From contig JALHOP010000010.1 in the NCBI GenBank assembly GCA_022842935.1, positions 106,144 to 170,143 of the forward strand: a stretch of 64,000 bases of DNA, in the 5' to 3' direction. The stretch comes from Myxococcota bacterium (lineage in GTDB: Bacteria; Myxococcota; XYA12-FULL-58-9; JALHOP01). The number at the start of each line of letters is the position of its first letter. The first letter of the stretch is position 1. Below, piece by piece: positions 47,883 to 57,889 of this stretch. The notes under the pieces are model-generated. The model did not search any database and was not told where the DNA came from. It was given only the letters and a program-made list of their open reading frames with translations. Position numbers and translations under genes: made by a program.

Positions 47883-49367
47883 ATGCGCGTCGTCATCAGC
47901 GGTGCCACTGGTTTTGTTGGCCGAGCCCTCGTTCTGCGCCTCTTGCGCGATGGCCACAAGCTCACCGCCCTCGCCCGCTCGCCGGCTGCGGCGATCTCGC
48001 GACTCGGAGCTGACCTGCGGGTCGTCGACCTTGCAGACGACGCGGCGGTGCAAGAGGCGATGCGCGAGGCAGAAGCCATCATCAATCTCGCTGGCGAGTC
48101 GGTTGCACAGCGCTGGACCGCCAAGCGAAAAAGGGAGCTGCGTACGAGTCGGGTGGATAGCACGCGCAGGCTCGTCGACGCCGCCCAGAAGGCGGGCGCT
48201 AGGCCGCGTGTCTTCGTCTGCGCAAGCGCCATCGGCATCTACGGCGATACAGGCGACCGCACTGTCGACGAAACATCCGCTCCCGCGCACGACTTTCTTG
48301 CCGAGCTTTGCCGCGATTGGGAGGCCGAGGCGCGCAGCGCCGAGAATCTCGGTGCACGCGTCGCGCTCGTGCGCTTCGGTGTCGTCTTGGGTGACGGCGG
48401 TGGAGCCCTCGCCACCCTGTTACCGATGTTCAAGAGTGGGGTTGGGGGTAAGCTCGGTGACGGACGCCAGTGGTTTTCTTGGGTGCACTTGCAGGACGCG
48501 TGCGAAGTCGTCGCACAGGCATTGGTCGACGACCGCTATCGCGGCCCAATCAACGCGACCTCACCCAACCCCGTCACGAATGCTGAATTCACACGCACGC
48601 TAGGCCGCGTCCTCGGGCGCCCCACGGTCATCACGACGCCCAAGTTCGCGATACGCCTCGCGCTCGGTGAGGCCGCGACCGCCGTGCTTTCGTCGCAGCG
48701 CGTCCTGCCATCACGACTCGCCGAGCTCGGCTTCACGTTCGCGTATCCAGAGCTCGACGGTGCTCTGCGCGACCTGACCCACGCAGCTCCCACCGTCATG
48801 GTGCGTCCTATAGGACGCGAGCTGCCGAACCACCCGTACATTACTGCCAGACCTCCGACACACGTTCTGTCGCAGCGCACGGTCATTGACGCTCCCCTCG
48901 ACGAGGTCTTTCCATTCTTTGCCAAGGCGGAGAATCTGGGGGCGATCACACCGCCGAACATGGCGTTCACGATCACCACAGCGGGGCCGCTGACGATGGA
49001 GAAGAACCTCGTCATCGACTACCGCATTCGCATCGGGGGGCTGCCGCTACGATGGCGCACGGTCATCGAGGAGTGGCTGCCCGGCGAAGTGTTTACCGAC
49101 GCGCAGCATCGAGGCCCCTATCGGTCGTGGTTCCATGAGCACCGATTCCGCGCTGACGGGAACCGAACCATCATGGAAGACCAGGTTTGGTACGCCCTGC
49201 CCTTCGGTCCGCTGGGTCGCATCGTCAACGCGATTCAAGTGCGAGGAATGTTGCGGCGCATCTTCGAATACCGCGCCGGGCGCATCGCCTTACGTTTCGG
49301 CAAGAATCAGGCAAAGCAGACCCGCGCAACCGCGACGACGCTCTCCGCGAGCGCCGGCGTGTCGTAG
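47883..49367 (+). CDS. Fusion protein: NAD-dependent epimerase/dehydratase of the TIGR01777 (YfcH/DUF1731) type, plus a C-terminal SRPBCC (polyketide-cyclase/START-like) domain.
   Basis: N-terminal [12 protein letters not shown] Rossmann fold and a DUF1731-type tail ([14 protein letters not shown]). C-terminal ~150 aa resemble cyclase/dehydrase SRPBCC. Confidence 0.7.
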   Translation: MRVVISGATGFVGRALVLRLLRDGHKLTALARSPAAAISRLGADLRVVDLADDAAVQEAMREAEAIINLAGESVAQRWTAKRKRELRTSRVDSTRRLVDAAQKAGARPRVFVCASAIGIYGDTGDRTVDETSAPAHDFLAELCRDWEAEARSAENLGARVALVRFGVVLGDGGGALATLLPMFKSGVGGKLGDGRQWFSWVHLQDACEVVAQALVDDRYRGPINATSPNPVTNAEFTRTLGRVLGRPTVITTPKFAIRLALGEAATAVLSSQRVLPSRLAELGFTFAYPELDGALRDLTHAAPTVMVRPIGRELPNHPYITARPPTHVLSQRTVIDAPLDEVFPFFAKAENLGAITPPNMAFTITTAGPLTMEKNLVIDYRIRIGGLPLRWRTVIEEWLPGEVFTDAQHRGPYRSWFHEHRFRADGNRTIMEDQVWYALPFGPLGRIVNAIQVRGMLRRIFEYRAGRIALRFGKNQAKQTRATATTLSASAGVS

Positions 49368-50215
49368 CCGCCCTCGAGGACGAACGCGACTGGAACGCGC
49401 CCGGCGCGGCGTAGAATACGATCCGCCATTGCGGCGAAGCCCTGCGTCGTGACCTCGCAACTCGCGAGCGGGTCGCGAGCGTGGGCATCGAAGCCGGCGC
49501 TGACGATGATGAGCTCAGGAGCGATGCGCTCGTAGAAGTCACCGAGCGCTTCATCGATAGCGGCCAGGAACTCGGCATCACCGCTGCCCGCGCGCACCGG
49601 ATGATTGAGCGTCGCACCGAGGCCCTCCTCCGCACCCCGCTCTTCACGCGCGCCGGTACCGGGGTAGAGGGGCCACTCGTGCACCGAGAAGTAGCCGACA
49701 GTCGGGTCGCGATAGAAGATGTCCTGCGTGCCGTTGCCGTGATGAACATCCCAGTCGATGATGAGCGTACGCTTCGCGGCCGCTCGAGCCGCGATGGCCA
49801 CGTTGTTGAACAGACAAAACCCCATCGGTGTGTTGGCAGTCGCGTGGTGTCCGGGGGGGCGCACCAGCACGAGTCCCCTCTGGGCTTCGCCATGCACAAG
49901 CCGCGTCGTGAGCTCGACAGTGGTACCGGCAGCGCGTCGGGCAATTTCGTACGAATCGCGCGTGACATAGGTGTCCGCGTCGATCGAGCCGCCACCGGCT
50001 AGCGCCATGCCTCGCACCATCTCGATATGCCTAGACGTGTGTACGGCGGCGAGCTCGGTGTCAGTCGCCGAGCGCGCCGCGACGTCCGTGAGATCGAGAC
50101 TGGCACGAGCCAGCGCCTCGTCGATGGCCACGACACGCTCAGGTCTCTCGGGATGGCCAAGCGGTCCGCGATGCCGGACATGACCAGGGTCGCGGGCCAA
50201 CAGAACAGGCGTCAC
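49307..50215 (-). CDS. Histone deacetylase-family (AcuC/AphA-like) deacetylase.
   Basis: [11 protein letters not shown] plus a zinc-ligand pattern. Confidence 0.85.
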   Translation of the reverse strand: MTPVLLARDPGHVRHRGPLGHPERPERVVAIDEALARASLDLTDVAARSATDTELAAVHTSRHIEMVRGMALAGGGSIDADTYVTRDSYEIARRAAGTTVELTTRLVHGEAQRGLVLVRPPGHHATANTPMGFCLFNNVAIAARAAAKRTLIIDWDVHHGNGTQDIFYRDPTVGYFSVHEWPLYPGTGAREERGAEEGLGATLNHPVRAGSGDAEFLAAIDEALGDFYERIAPELIIVSAGFDAHARDPLASCEVTTQGFAAMADRILRRAGRVPVAFVLEGGYDTPALAESVVAVARVCFA

Positions 50216-50559
50216 GCCTTACCGCCGATGTTCAGACGGTCGAGCTCACGTCCGAGGCGCCCCGTGAGAGCCAAAAACAGCATTTTCCAATCCCCCAAGA
50301 AGGACCAGACGGGATAGGTGAAGGTCGCTGGTCGATTCTTCTCGATGGCAAAGTGCGACAGCCAGGCAAGGCCGTACGAGGCGACGAGCGCCGCCGGTAT
50401 CAGCGCCCAGCGTCGCGTAAGGAGCGCAAAGAGAAAGAGGGCGGCGCCGACCACCGTCCCGACGAAGTGGAAAACCCGCGTCGAGCCACGCGCGTGCTCA
50501 CCCAGGTAATACGGCCAAAACTCGCCAAAGCTCCCATAGCGCTTGCCCGACATGGACAT
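50212..50559 (-). CDS. DUF962 (Mpo1-like) membrane protein.
   Basis: [27 protein letters not shown] is typical of DUF962. Its stop overlaps the HDAC start. Confidence 0.7.
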   Translation of the reverse strand: MSMSGKRYGSFGEFWPYYLGEHARGSTRVFHFVGTVVGAALFLFALLTRRWALIPAALVASYGLAWLSHFAIEKNRPATFTYPVWSFLGDWKMLFLALTGRLGRELDRLNIGGKA

Positions 50560-50683
50560 GAGCCTAACCCCGTCCCTCGATGGTGTCGATCCAACCCCTA
50601 TCCCTGCGGGCAACGAACCCAATCCCGCGAGCATATCGCGTTGATCCGTTTGGCAATTGCTGCCGCAGCGCTATGTTGAAGTC

Positions 50684-51475
50684 ATGGGATTTCTGGAAGA
50701 AGCGATTCTCGAGCCTAGCAAGAAGCTCCCGGTCCTCGTCGATTTTTGGGCGCCATGGTGCGGTCCGTGTCGGACCCTCGGCCCTGTTCTCGACCGCGTC
50801 GCCGCAACCAATCGAGAGCGCTTCACGCTGCTCAAGGTCAACACGGACGAACACCAGGATATTGCCGCCCGCTTCCGGGTCCAGAGCATACCGGCGGTGA
50901 AGCTCTTCGATCAGGGGAAGGTCATCGCCGAGTTCGTTGGCGCACTGCCGGAGCGCCAAGTGCTAGCTTGGCTCGACCAAGTGCTGCCGAGTGACGAAGG
51001 TCGCGCGCTCACGGCCGCCAAGGAAGCGCTGCAGAAGGGAGACCGCCCCGCCGCTCTCGCCGCCCTGCATGGTCGGGTGCACGAAGACGCGAAGTCCGCG
51101 GAGGCGCGCGCCCTTTATGCTGCACTCGCCTACTTCGAGCACCACGACCATGCGCTCAAGCTCGCCGCCACGGTCCGTGAAGGCGACCTCGGGTTCGACA
51201 TCGCAAGCGCGGTGGTCGAGCTCGATGCGCTCGTCGGGGATGCGAGCGCCGAGGGCAAACCCGACGCGGTCAGCGCCTATCAGCGCGGTATCGCGAGCTT
51301 CAAGGTCGGCGACTTCGCCGCTGCGGCCGCCGCCTGGATCGAGTCCATGAAGCTCTCGCGCAAGGTGGCCAATGATGGCGCTAAGCGCGCTCTCATCGCC
51401 TTGTTCAAGCTACTCGGCGAACAAGATCCGGTGACCCTCGAGTACCGACGCGCCTTCGCTTCTGCGCTGTACTAA
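50684..51475 (+). CDS. Thioredoxin-domain co-chaperone (YbbN/CnoX-like) with a TPR-like C-terminus.
   Basis: WAPWCGPCR thioredoxin motif plus a helical C-terminal domain. Confidence 0.8.
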   Translation: MGFLEEAILEPSKKLPVLVDFWAPWCGPCRTLGPVLDRVAATNRERFTLLKVNTDEHQDIAARFRVQSIPAVKLFDQGKVIAEFVGALPERQVLAWLDQVLPSDEGRALTAAKEALQKGDRPAALAALHGRVHEDAKSAEARALYAALAYFEHHDHALKLAATVREGDLGFDIASAVVELDALVGDASAEGKPDAVSAYQRGIASFKVGDFAAAAAAWIESMKLSRKVANDGAKRALIALFKLLGEQDPVTLEYRRAFASALY

Positions 51476-51509
51476 AGGCACCATCGGCCAGCGCGCGCAT
51501 CGGGGAGGA

Positions 51510-52154
51510 TCAGGGCTCGACAGGCGCCAGGTCGCTGACCAAGACCGCGCGCACCGGCGAAGCGTCGCCCTCCGCAATGCGCAGCGGCAGCGCGATGAGG
51601 GTGTAGAGGCCTGCAGGCACGTGGTCGAGCACGATGGACTCGAGCACTGCCATGTCGTGGCGTGCGATGGCGTTGTGAGCGGTCAAAGCGCGGTCGGCGA
51701 AGGGGTCGACCGAGGGAGTGTCGATACCGACGAGGCGGACGCCGCGGGCGGCAAGCTCGTCGACGAGCTCCGGCGACAGACTCGCGAAATCGGTGTTGAA
51801 CGTGTCGGGGTGAGGGAATGTTCCAGTCCGCAATAGAACACGCGGGGCGTGGATGCGTGCACCCTCGAGATGGGCGGGTGTGATGCGCTCGCCGCGACCG
51901 ATGTCGACGTGCACCACACTGCACGGTCCATAGTAGAGCGCGAGATCCCGCTCACCGATCGAGGCGCCGTCGCGCGCATAGTGGCTAGGCGCGTCCGCGT
52001 GAGCGCCAACGTGCAACGTCGACGTGACCGCCGAGAGCGTCAGGTTGTCTCCGCGGCGCATGTCCAGCGACACAACGCGAGCGAACTGGACATCACCCGG
52101 CCACACCGCAGTAGCGGACGAGAGCACGGGAGAGATGTCGATGATTGCGCTCAC
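51510..52154 (-). CDS. kynB: Kynurenine formamidase (cyclase-family arylformamidase).
   Basis: HVGAHADAPSH metal motif; RVLLRT, GVRLVGIDTPS, IALPLR and DASPVRAVL are collinear with bacterial KynB. GTG start overlaps the upstream stop (GTGA). Confidence 0.8.
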   Translation of the reverse strand: MSAIIDISPVLSSATAVWPGDVQFARVVSLDMRRGDNLTLSAVTSTLHVGAHADAPSHYARDGASIGERDLALYYGPCSVVHVDIGRGERITPAHLEGARIHAPRVLLRTGTFPHPDTFNTDFASLSPELVDELAARGVRLVGIDTPSVDPFADRALTAHNAIARHDMAVLESIVLDHVPAGLYTLIALPLRIAEGDASPVRAVLVSDLAPVEP

Positions 52155-53050
52155 CGGTCGAGGACGTTGCGATCGCCGCGATAGACTTCGACGTCGTCCT
52201 CGTCGAACTCGACGTTGGTCGCGCCCCGCTCCATCGGATTGAGCGAAACGACGGTCGCGCCGGTGCCCCAAATGGGTTCATAGGCCAGCACCCTCCCCTC
52301 GTAGTCGTTGTTCTGACCCATGAGAGCGGCGAGCCACCAGATGGCTTTGAAGCGTTGATCTGCGTTCGCCTCGCGGAAGAACTGGCGCGCGAGCTGCGAG
52401 ACGTCCTCCAGGCGACCGTTACCCAAGAACTCGAGAACCTTGCGGTTCCACTCGTCGTCCTTGAGAGAAGAGATCCGATCGGTCTTCGGGTCGATGAACT
52501 CGGTGACCATGCGATTCGACAGCTGCGTGACCGCGACCGCGATCACCTTCTTGCCGAGCTGCTCCGCCGCGTCGCGCGCCGCCTTGCCAAGTACGATGGT
52601 CTCAGCGCGATCCGCATACATGTTGCAGGACACCACGCATGCCGGGATGCGGTTCTCCGGGTTCAAGAGTTTGAGGGCCGTGATGGTGCCGGTGTCGATC
52701 GGGAAGCCGCGATACGCCACGGTGCGCGCAGTCAACCCGCGCTTCTTGGCGGCGGCCTCATAAGCCGCGGCGTATTCGGAGTCGATGACGAAGCTATAAG
52801 GAATTTCGCCCAGGTCGTGCCACTCCGGGTCGACGTGCACCCACGTGGGCTTTGGGTCCGCTTGGATCTGGTGGCCAATGACGGACAACCATTTGGTGCT
52901 GTAGATCATGATGAGATCGGCTTCCGAGGCCGCGATCTCTTCGCGCACCATTCCGAACGCATCCGCGAGCTTGCGATAGCCAGGGGCTGCGTCGGGCGTA
53001 AGCAAAGGCTGTGGCTTCCCGGGAACGATGTAACCACGCACGACGCTCAT
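52151..53050 (-). CDS. LigB-family class III extradiol dioxygenase, non-catalytic (AmnA-like alpha) subunit.
   Basis: LigB fold in which the iron-ligand histidines are replaced (PGKP and STKW instead of PHPP and SPHW). Confidence 0.6.
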   Translation of the reverse strand: MSVVRGYIVPGKPQPLLTPDAAPGYRKLADAFGMVREEIAASEADLIMIYSTKWLSVIGHQIQADPKPTWVHVDPEWHDLGEIPYSFVIDSEYAAAYEAAAKKRGLTARTVAYRGFPIDTGTITALKLLNPENRIPACVVSCNMYADRAETIVLGKAARDAAEQLGKKVIAVAVTQLSNRMVTEFIDPKTDRISSLKDDEWNRKVLEFLGNGRLEDVSQLARQFFREANADQRFKAIWWLAALMGQNNDYEGRVLAYEPIWGTGATVVSLNPMERGATNVEFDEDDVEVYRGDRNVLDR

Positions 53051-53931
53051 GCCGCCTCCATGTCCCAGCTCACGACTGCGTTGCCAGTCCCGATGACCGT
53101 CCCATAGGCGTGGACCTCGGCCGGTTGCGTTGGAAACCCCAGCGCCGACAACAAGAACGTGAGCGAGCCGGCACGAGCCTCACTTACCGATTGGTCGATG
53201 AAGTCTGGCATCTCGTCGAGGAGCTCGCGTGCTTTCCCGGTCTTCAGGAGCTTCACCACGTGCATGTCCCAGAGATATTGGTTGTGGTTGTAGATGCGCT
53301 CGTACGACATGTCTTCGGGAACACCGGGCTCGGTCGTGAAGTGGCGATGTGACAACGAGCACGACGAGATCACCAAGGCGCGGCGACCCAACTTCTCGAC
53401 GGCCCGTCGCGCGGCCTGCCCCAGGGCGATCATCTGCCTGTCGCCGACGTCATTGCCGAAGTAGTCATAGGCCGCGTTGGCGGACACGCCGACGATAGGT
53501 TTGTCCCAGTCAGGGTTCACCATATGGCAAGCAGTGATGGTGCCGTAGTCCACGCGAAACTTCTCGTTCCGCATCATCTTGGTCACGAGACCTTGCGCAG
53601 CCGCCTCGGCACACATTGCCTCCGCCAATGGCACGTCGACCTTCAAGTCGTAGTGATAGCGAAACAGATTCGGGAAAATGGGGTCGACGGACAGTGACTT
53701 GAAGTGGGGAACTCCGAGGAAGTGGTGCCCCACGACGGTTCGCCAGTGGGGCGAGTGGACGATGATGACGTCGTAGTCCTTCTTCTTGAGCTTCGCCCGC
53801 AATGCTTCGTATCCCCAGCGCAGTACGTCCCAACCGCCTTCGGCGCGCGGCTCGTTCTGCTTGGGATTGTCGGCATAAACCAAGTGCGGTGGGTGCGGGG
53901 CGAGCGCCCCCATCACGATACGTCCACTCAT
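53047..53931 (-). CDS. LigB-family class III extradiol dioxygenase, catalytic (AmnB-like beta) subunit of the 2-aminophenol-1,6-dioxygenase type.
   Basis: LAPHPPHLVY, IIVHSPHW and SHRHF retain the LigB iron-ligand and catalytic histidines. Confidence 0.7.
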   Translation of the reverse strand: MSGRIVMGALAPHPPHLVYADNPKQNEPRAEGGWDVLRWGYEALRAKLKKKDYDVIIVHSPHWRTVVGHHFLGVPHFKSLSVDPIFPNLFRYHYDLKVDVPLAEAMCAEAAAQGLVTKMMRNEKFRVDYGTITACHMVNPDWDKPIVGVSANAAYDYFGNDVGDRQMIALGQAARRAVEKLGRRALVISSCSLSHRHFTTEPGVPEDMSYERIYNHNQYLWDMHVVKLLKTGKARELLDEMPDFIDQSVSEARAGSLTFLLSALGFPTQPAEVHAYGTVIGTGNAVVSWDMEAA

Positions 53932-54052
53932 GAGCTAGCCCTCTCGGTTGGTGCGTTCACCGGAGATGCACAAACGAGCCAAACACGAAGCACCGTACGC
54001 GCGTGACGGACGTGAGACGGGCTATGCGCTCGCTTCGGCTCGCGGAACCAAC

Positions 54053-55492
54053 TCATAGCGCCACACAGACGTTACGCGCTTCGCTGAAGGTCTCGAGCGA
54101 ATACACTCCGCCTTCGCGGCCAAGGCCACTGTCTTTCATGCCACCGAAAGGCACGCGCAGGTCGCGCATCATCCAGGTGTTGACCCAAACCATGCCGCTG
54201 TCGATGGCAGCGGCGACGCGATGAGCGCGAGAGAGATCGCGCGTCCACACCGAGGCAGCCAGACCGTAGCGAACTTCGTTGGCCATGCTGATGGCGCGGG
54301 CATCGTCATCGAATGGATGCACGGTCACGACCGGACCGAAGATCTCTTCGGTCGCGGCACGCGCTTTGGACGATAGACCGGTAATGATGGTTGGCTCGAG
54401 GAAAAACCCATTCGCGAGCGGCCCCGGCAGCCTTGGTCGCCCTCCACCGTGAGCGATCTTGCCACCCTCCTCCAAGGCTAGCTTGATGTAGCCCTCGACC
54501 TTCTCGCGATGCGCAGCCGACACCAGGGCGCCGAGCTGCGTCGAGGGGTCCTTGGGATCACCGATGCGCATCTTGGCGAGGCGTCGGGTCATGCCCTCCA
54601 CGACCTCGTCGTGGATCGACTGCTCGACCAATACGCGTGAGCCACACAAACAGATCTGACCTTGGTTGGTGAACCCTGCCCGTACCGCGCCCTCGATTGC
54701 CTTAGCGCGGTCGGCGTCCGCGAAAACGATCGTGGGGTTCTTGCCACCAAGCTCGAGCGATGTCTTGCGAAAGGACGCAGCCGTCGCTTCGGCGACTTTT
54801 GCGCCAGTTTGTGTGCCGCCAGTGAAGGATACGAGCTTCACATCGCGATGGCGGACCAACGCGTCGCCAGCCTCGGCGCCGTAACCGTGCACGACATTGA
54901 AGACGCCTGGAGGCAACCCCACATCGCGCACGATGTCGGCCAGTGCATGCGCGGTCAAAGGCGTAAGCTCGCTAGGCTTACAGACGACCGTGTTGCCCAT
55001 GGCCAGCGCCGGTGCGGCTTTCCACGACAGCAAGTAGAGAGGAAGATTCCAAGGCGTGATGAGCGCACAGACGCCAACCGGCTTACGTAGCGTGTAGTTG
55101 ATAGCGGACTGATCGACAGGATGACACCCTGGGCTATCGTGCAATACCGCATTCGCGAAGAAGCGAAAGTTCGCGATGGCACGGGGGATGTCCATGCTCG
55201 CGGCCAGTGCTACGGGTTTTCCCGTATCGAGCGACTCCAGATTCGTGAGCTCTTCAGCACGCGCCTCGAGCCTCTCGGCAATGCGCAAGAGGTAGCGTGA
55301 GCGCTCTTGCGTCGATAGGCGCGACCAACCGGGCTGGGCTTCGCGCGCGGCCGCAACGGCAGCATCGACCTCGGCTTGCCCCGACCGCGGTACCCAAGCG
55401 ACGACCTCGCCAGTGGCGGGGGAGACGTCGTCGATACTCGACGCGGTACTCTTCCACTCGCCAGCGATGAAGTTTCGAATCTCACGCATCAT
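54053..55492 (-). CDS. NAD-dependent aldehyde dehydrogenase of the 2-hydroxy/2-aminomuconic-semialdehyde dehydrogenase type.
   Basis: ELGGKNP and CLCGSR catalytic motifs; 479 aa. Confidence 0.85.
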   Translation of the reverse strand: MMREIRNFIAGEWKSTASSIDDVSPATGEVVAWVPRSGQAEVDAAVAAAREAQPGWSRLSTQERSRYLLRIAERLEARAEELTNLESLDTGKPVALAASMDIPRAIANFRFFANAVLHDSPGCHPVDQSAINYTLRKPVGVCALITPWNLPLYLLSWKAAPALAMGNTVVCKPSELTPLTAHALADIVRDVGLPPGVFNVVHGYGAEAGDALVRHRDVKLVSFTGGTQTGAKVAEATAASFRKTSLELGGKNPTIVFADADRAKAIEGAVRAGFTNQGQICLCGSRVLVEQSIHDEVVEGMTRRLAKMRIGDPKDPSTQLGALVSAAHREKVEGYIKLALEEGGKIAHGGGRPRLPGPLANGFFLEPTIITGLSSKARAATEEIFGPVVTVHPFDDDARAISMANEVRYGLAASVWTRDLSRAHRVAAAIDSGMVWVNTWMMRDLRVPFGGMKDSGLGREGGVYSLETFSEARNVCVAL

Positions 55493-55498
55493 GCGACC

Positions 55499-56674
55499 TC
55501 ACAGCGCGTTACCGCCGCCTTTCATCGCGTCCCAAGACGAGGAGCCGAAGCCTTCGCCTGGACCGCTCATGCCGAACTGCTCGGCCTGTGCTTGCCAGTC
55601 GTAGTACCAGCGGTCGCGGTCCGGATCCCATTCGTCCCACGTCGGGATCTTGTCGAGCGTGGAGACACGGTCCTTGGGCACGACGCCGGGCACGATGAAG
55701 GCCTTCTGCTTGTAGAGCGGATACGGGTTGCGTAGCTCGAAGCCAAGCACGCCGAGCACCGCCCGGGCGATGTACCAGGTCGCCTGCGGGTTCCAACCGT
55801 GAGCGATCTTGATCATGACGCCCAAGCCGTCCGGGAAGTCGTCGTGGATGATCGAGAGGGCGAGCAGACCGTCGGCACCCTCTTTCGCGATGACCTTGCC
55901 GCCACAGGCCTTCATCACCGTGCTGTCGAGACGATTGAAGCCGCCGACGAGATCGGGGTGCTCGATCATCGAAGCCCAGATCCAGTCTTCGTCGCGCGTC
56001 GCCGCGAGTCCAGCGAAGACCTTGGCAAGCTCGCCGACAGTCATCGACACGGTGGGAAAACCATCGCCGTCGCGCGCGACCCGCAGCGGCTGCCATTCGG
56101 CACCGAGAAAGCGCCGCACCTGCTGCATGTAAGCCTGGAAGAATGGGTGGCGTGGCAGCGTATACCCAACACGGCTCCAGTTCTTGAGGCGACATCCCTT
56201 CAAGATGGCGGCGTGTTGACCCGAGCTGTTGTTGTACCAACGTCGCGGCCGGCGCACCTGGCGCCCGAACTGCACGAGCGGGACGTCGAGAGGAGTCTGC
56301 ATGAGGCCCCACTCGGACGGGTCGAGCAGCGATTGGGCGGCTGCCACATGTTCGGCCGTTCCATTGTGCGAAGCGACCGCGATCGCGCGTTGCTTGGAGT
56401 TGGTGACGGGCTCGAGGTCCTTGGCGAAGACCTTGAGCATCACCGGCTTCATGCAGCTGCGGCCATAACAAAGCACGTTGCCGCCAAACGAGTGGATGAT
56501 GCGGTCGCCCGACGCCCACGCAACCGCGCCGTGAATCGTCGTCTCGGAGACCCCGTTGCGTCGGTAGTCGACGAGCGGCTGCCACTCGACATCGCGGCCG
56601 GTGGGAATGCGCGCGTCTGAGTCGCCCAGAGGTGAAACGGGATAAACGTCCCGGCCTACGGTTGGCATGGTCAT
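55499..56674 (-). CDS. Asparaginase-II-family (PF06089-like) amidohydrolase with a C-terminal extension; tentative assignment.
   Basis: GRSCMKPVML and GGKVIAKEGADG patterns. ATGA overlap with the LLM gene. Confidence 0.4.
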   Translation of the reverse strand: MTMPTVGRDVYPVSPLGDSDARIPTGRDVEWQPLVDYRRNGVSETTIHGAVAWASGDRIIHSFGGNVLCYGRSCMKPVMLKVFAKDLEPVTNSKQRAIAVASHNGTAEHVAAAQSLLDPSEWGLMQTPLDVPLVQFGRQVRRPRRWYNNSSGQHAAILKGCRLKNWSRVGYTLPRHPFFQAYMQQVRRFLGAEWQPLRVARDGDGFPTVSMTVGELAKVFAGLAATRDEDWIWASMIEHPDLVGGFNRLDSTVMKACGGKVIAKEGADGLLALSIIHDDFPDGLGVMIKIAHGWNPQATWYIARAVLGVLGFELRNPYPLYKQKAFIVPGVVPKDRVSTLDKIPTWDEWDPDRDRWYYDWQAQAEQFGMSGPGEGFGSSSWDAMKGGGNAL

Positions 56675-57876
56675 GAGCGCGAGACCCTCGGGATCACTGC
56701 TTCGACGAAGTGCTTCATGTTGTCGATGACACGCGCGTTGTCGTGATTGAAGAAGTCGAACCAGAGCATCAACCGGTCGTCCGCGTGAAAGCGCGTCTTC
56801 ATCTGCTCTGCGATGGTCTCGGGGTCGCCGATCAAGGCGTTGTCGGCGGCGTTCGCGACCTTCTTGGGGTCGAGCGTGCCCTCGAGCGCGGTCCAGTAGG
56901 CGCCCAGCGCCTTGCGCGCCGCCTCCTGTGCCTTGCCTTTGTCCTTGTCGATGAACACGAACGTGGTGCGCGGCATGTACCAGCGCTTCCAGCCGCCGCC
57001 GTCCGGATGAAACGCCTTCTGGAGACGCGTGTGCGTCTGCTCGATGACCTCGGGCGCCGTAATCGAGAGGTTGAAGACGTGCGCCGGCATGAACTTGTTG
57101 GCGAGCTCCTGCGACGCCGCATCGTGCGAACCGACCACCAGCTGCAAGAGCCTGCGATCGAAGTCCTGCGGGATGATCTTGAGCTGCTCGAAGGTCCAGC
57201 GCCGCGGCAACACGAATGCGTCGCCCTTCTCGACGAACCCTTCGGCGCGCGCCGCAGCAACCACCTTCTGCCAGTCTTCGTCGTTGCGAAACAGCGAGCG
57301 CGTCAGCAGCGGCTGGGTGACCTCGTCGCTCGACAACACGTCACCGCGCAGCAAGCGGCAAAAAATCTCCACCGCTTCAGCAAACACGAGACCTTTGACT
57401 ACGGGCCAGGCGGCTCTTTCCGTCGCGTTGCGCGGCATCACGCCGTAGGCGCGGTTCATGAAGTCGAACCGGCCAGCCGAGAAGCCGACGTTCAAACGCC
57501 GCTTCTCGCCGCTGCGAAGGCCGTGCAGCGCCGCGAAGTACGCGATACGTTCCGCGGCCGCGACCGGACCGCCATTGCAGACGATGTTCATGACCGCGCT
57601 ACCAACTTCGATCGTCTTGGTGCGTGCGAACACCTGGTGGGCGAGCTGTGTGATGTCGCAGTTCAGCCCGACCTCGCCGCGCCAGTGCGGGATGACCGGC
57701 TCGCGGTTCCTCTTTTGTACCTCGCTCGACAGGTGCGACTCGGCGACCCACGCCGTCCCGAAGCCCAAGGCGTCGGCTGCCTCGACCTGCGCAAAGAAGC
57801 TCTTGAACATCTCGGCTTCGCTCGGGACCGCGCCATCGACGGGGGTTTGGCTGATGGAGAAGAAAACGTCGTAGCG
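56671..57876 (-). CDS. Luciferase-like (LLM-class) flavin-dependent monooxygenase.
   Basis: TIM-barrel LLM signature (AWVAESHL). The start is set at MRYDVFF (ATG 57876); the longer ORF upstream has non-coding-like composition. Confidence 0.75.
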   Translation of the reverse strand, partial: RYDVFFSISQTPVDGAVPSEAEMFKSFFAQVEAADALGFGTAWVAESHLSSEVQKRNREPVIPHWRGEVGLNCDITQLAHQVFARTKTIEVGSAVMNIVCNGGPVAAAERIAYFAALHGLRSGEKRRLNVGFSAGRFDFMNRAYGVMPRNATERAAWPVVKGLVFAEAVEIFCRLLRGDVLSSDEVTQPLLTRSLFRNDEDWQKVVAAARAEGFVEKGDAFVLPRRWTFEQLKIIPQDFDRRLLQLVVGSHDAASQELANKFMPAHVFNLSITAPEVIEQTHTRLQKAFHPDGGGWKRWYMPRTTFVFIDKDKGKAQEAARKALGAYWTALEGTLDPKKVANAADNALIGDPETIAEQMKTRFHADDRLMLWFDFFNHDNARVIDNMKHFVEAVIPRVSRS

Positions 57877-57889
57877 CATGCCAAGACCC

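Noticed and set aside
53932-54052. Internal promoter or regulatory element in the 120-bp gap between the aldehyde dehydrogenase and the LigB dioxygenase genes.
   Set aside because: No palindromes, repeats or -35/-10-like hexamers stand out; I treat it as an intercistronic spacer within the operon.
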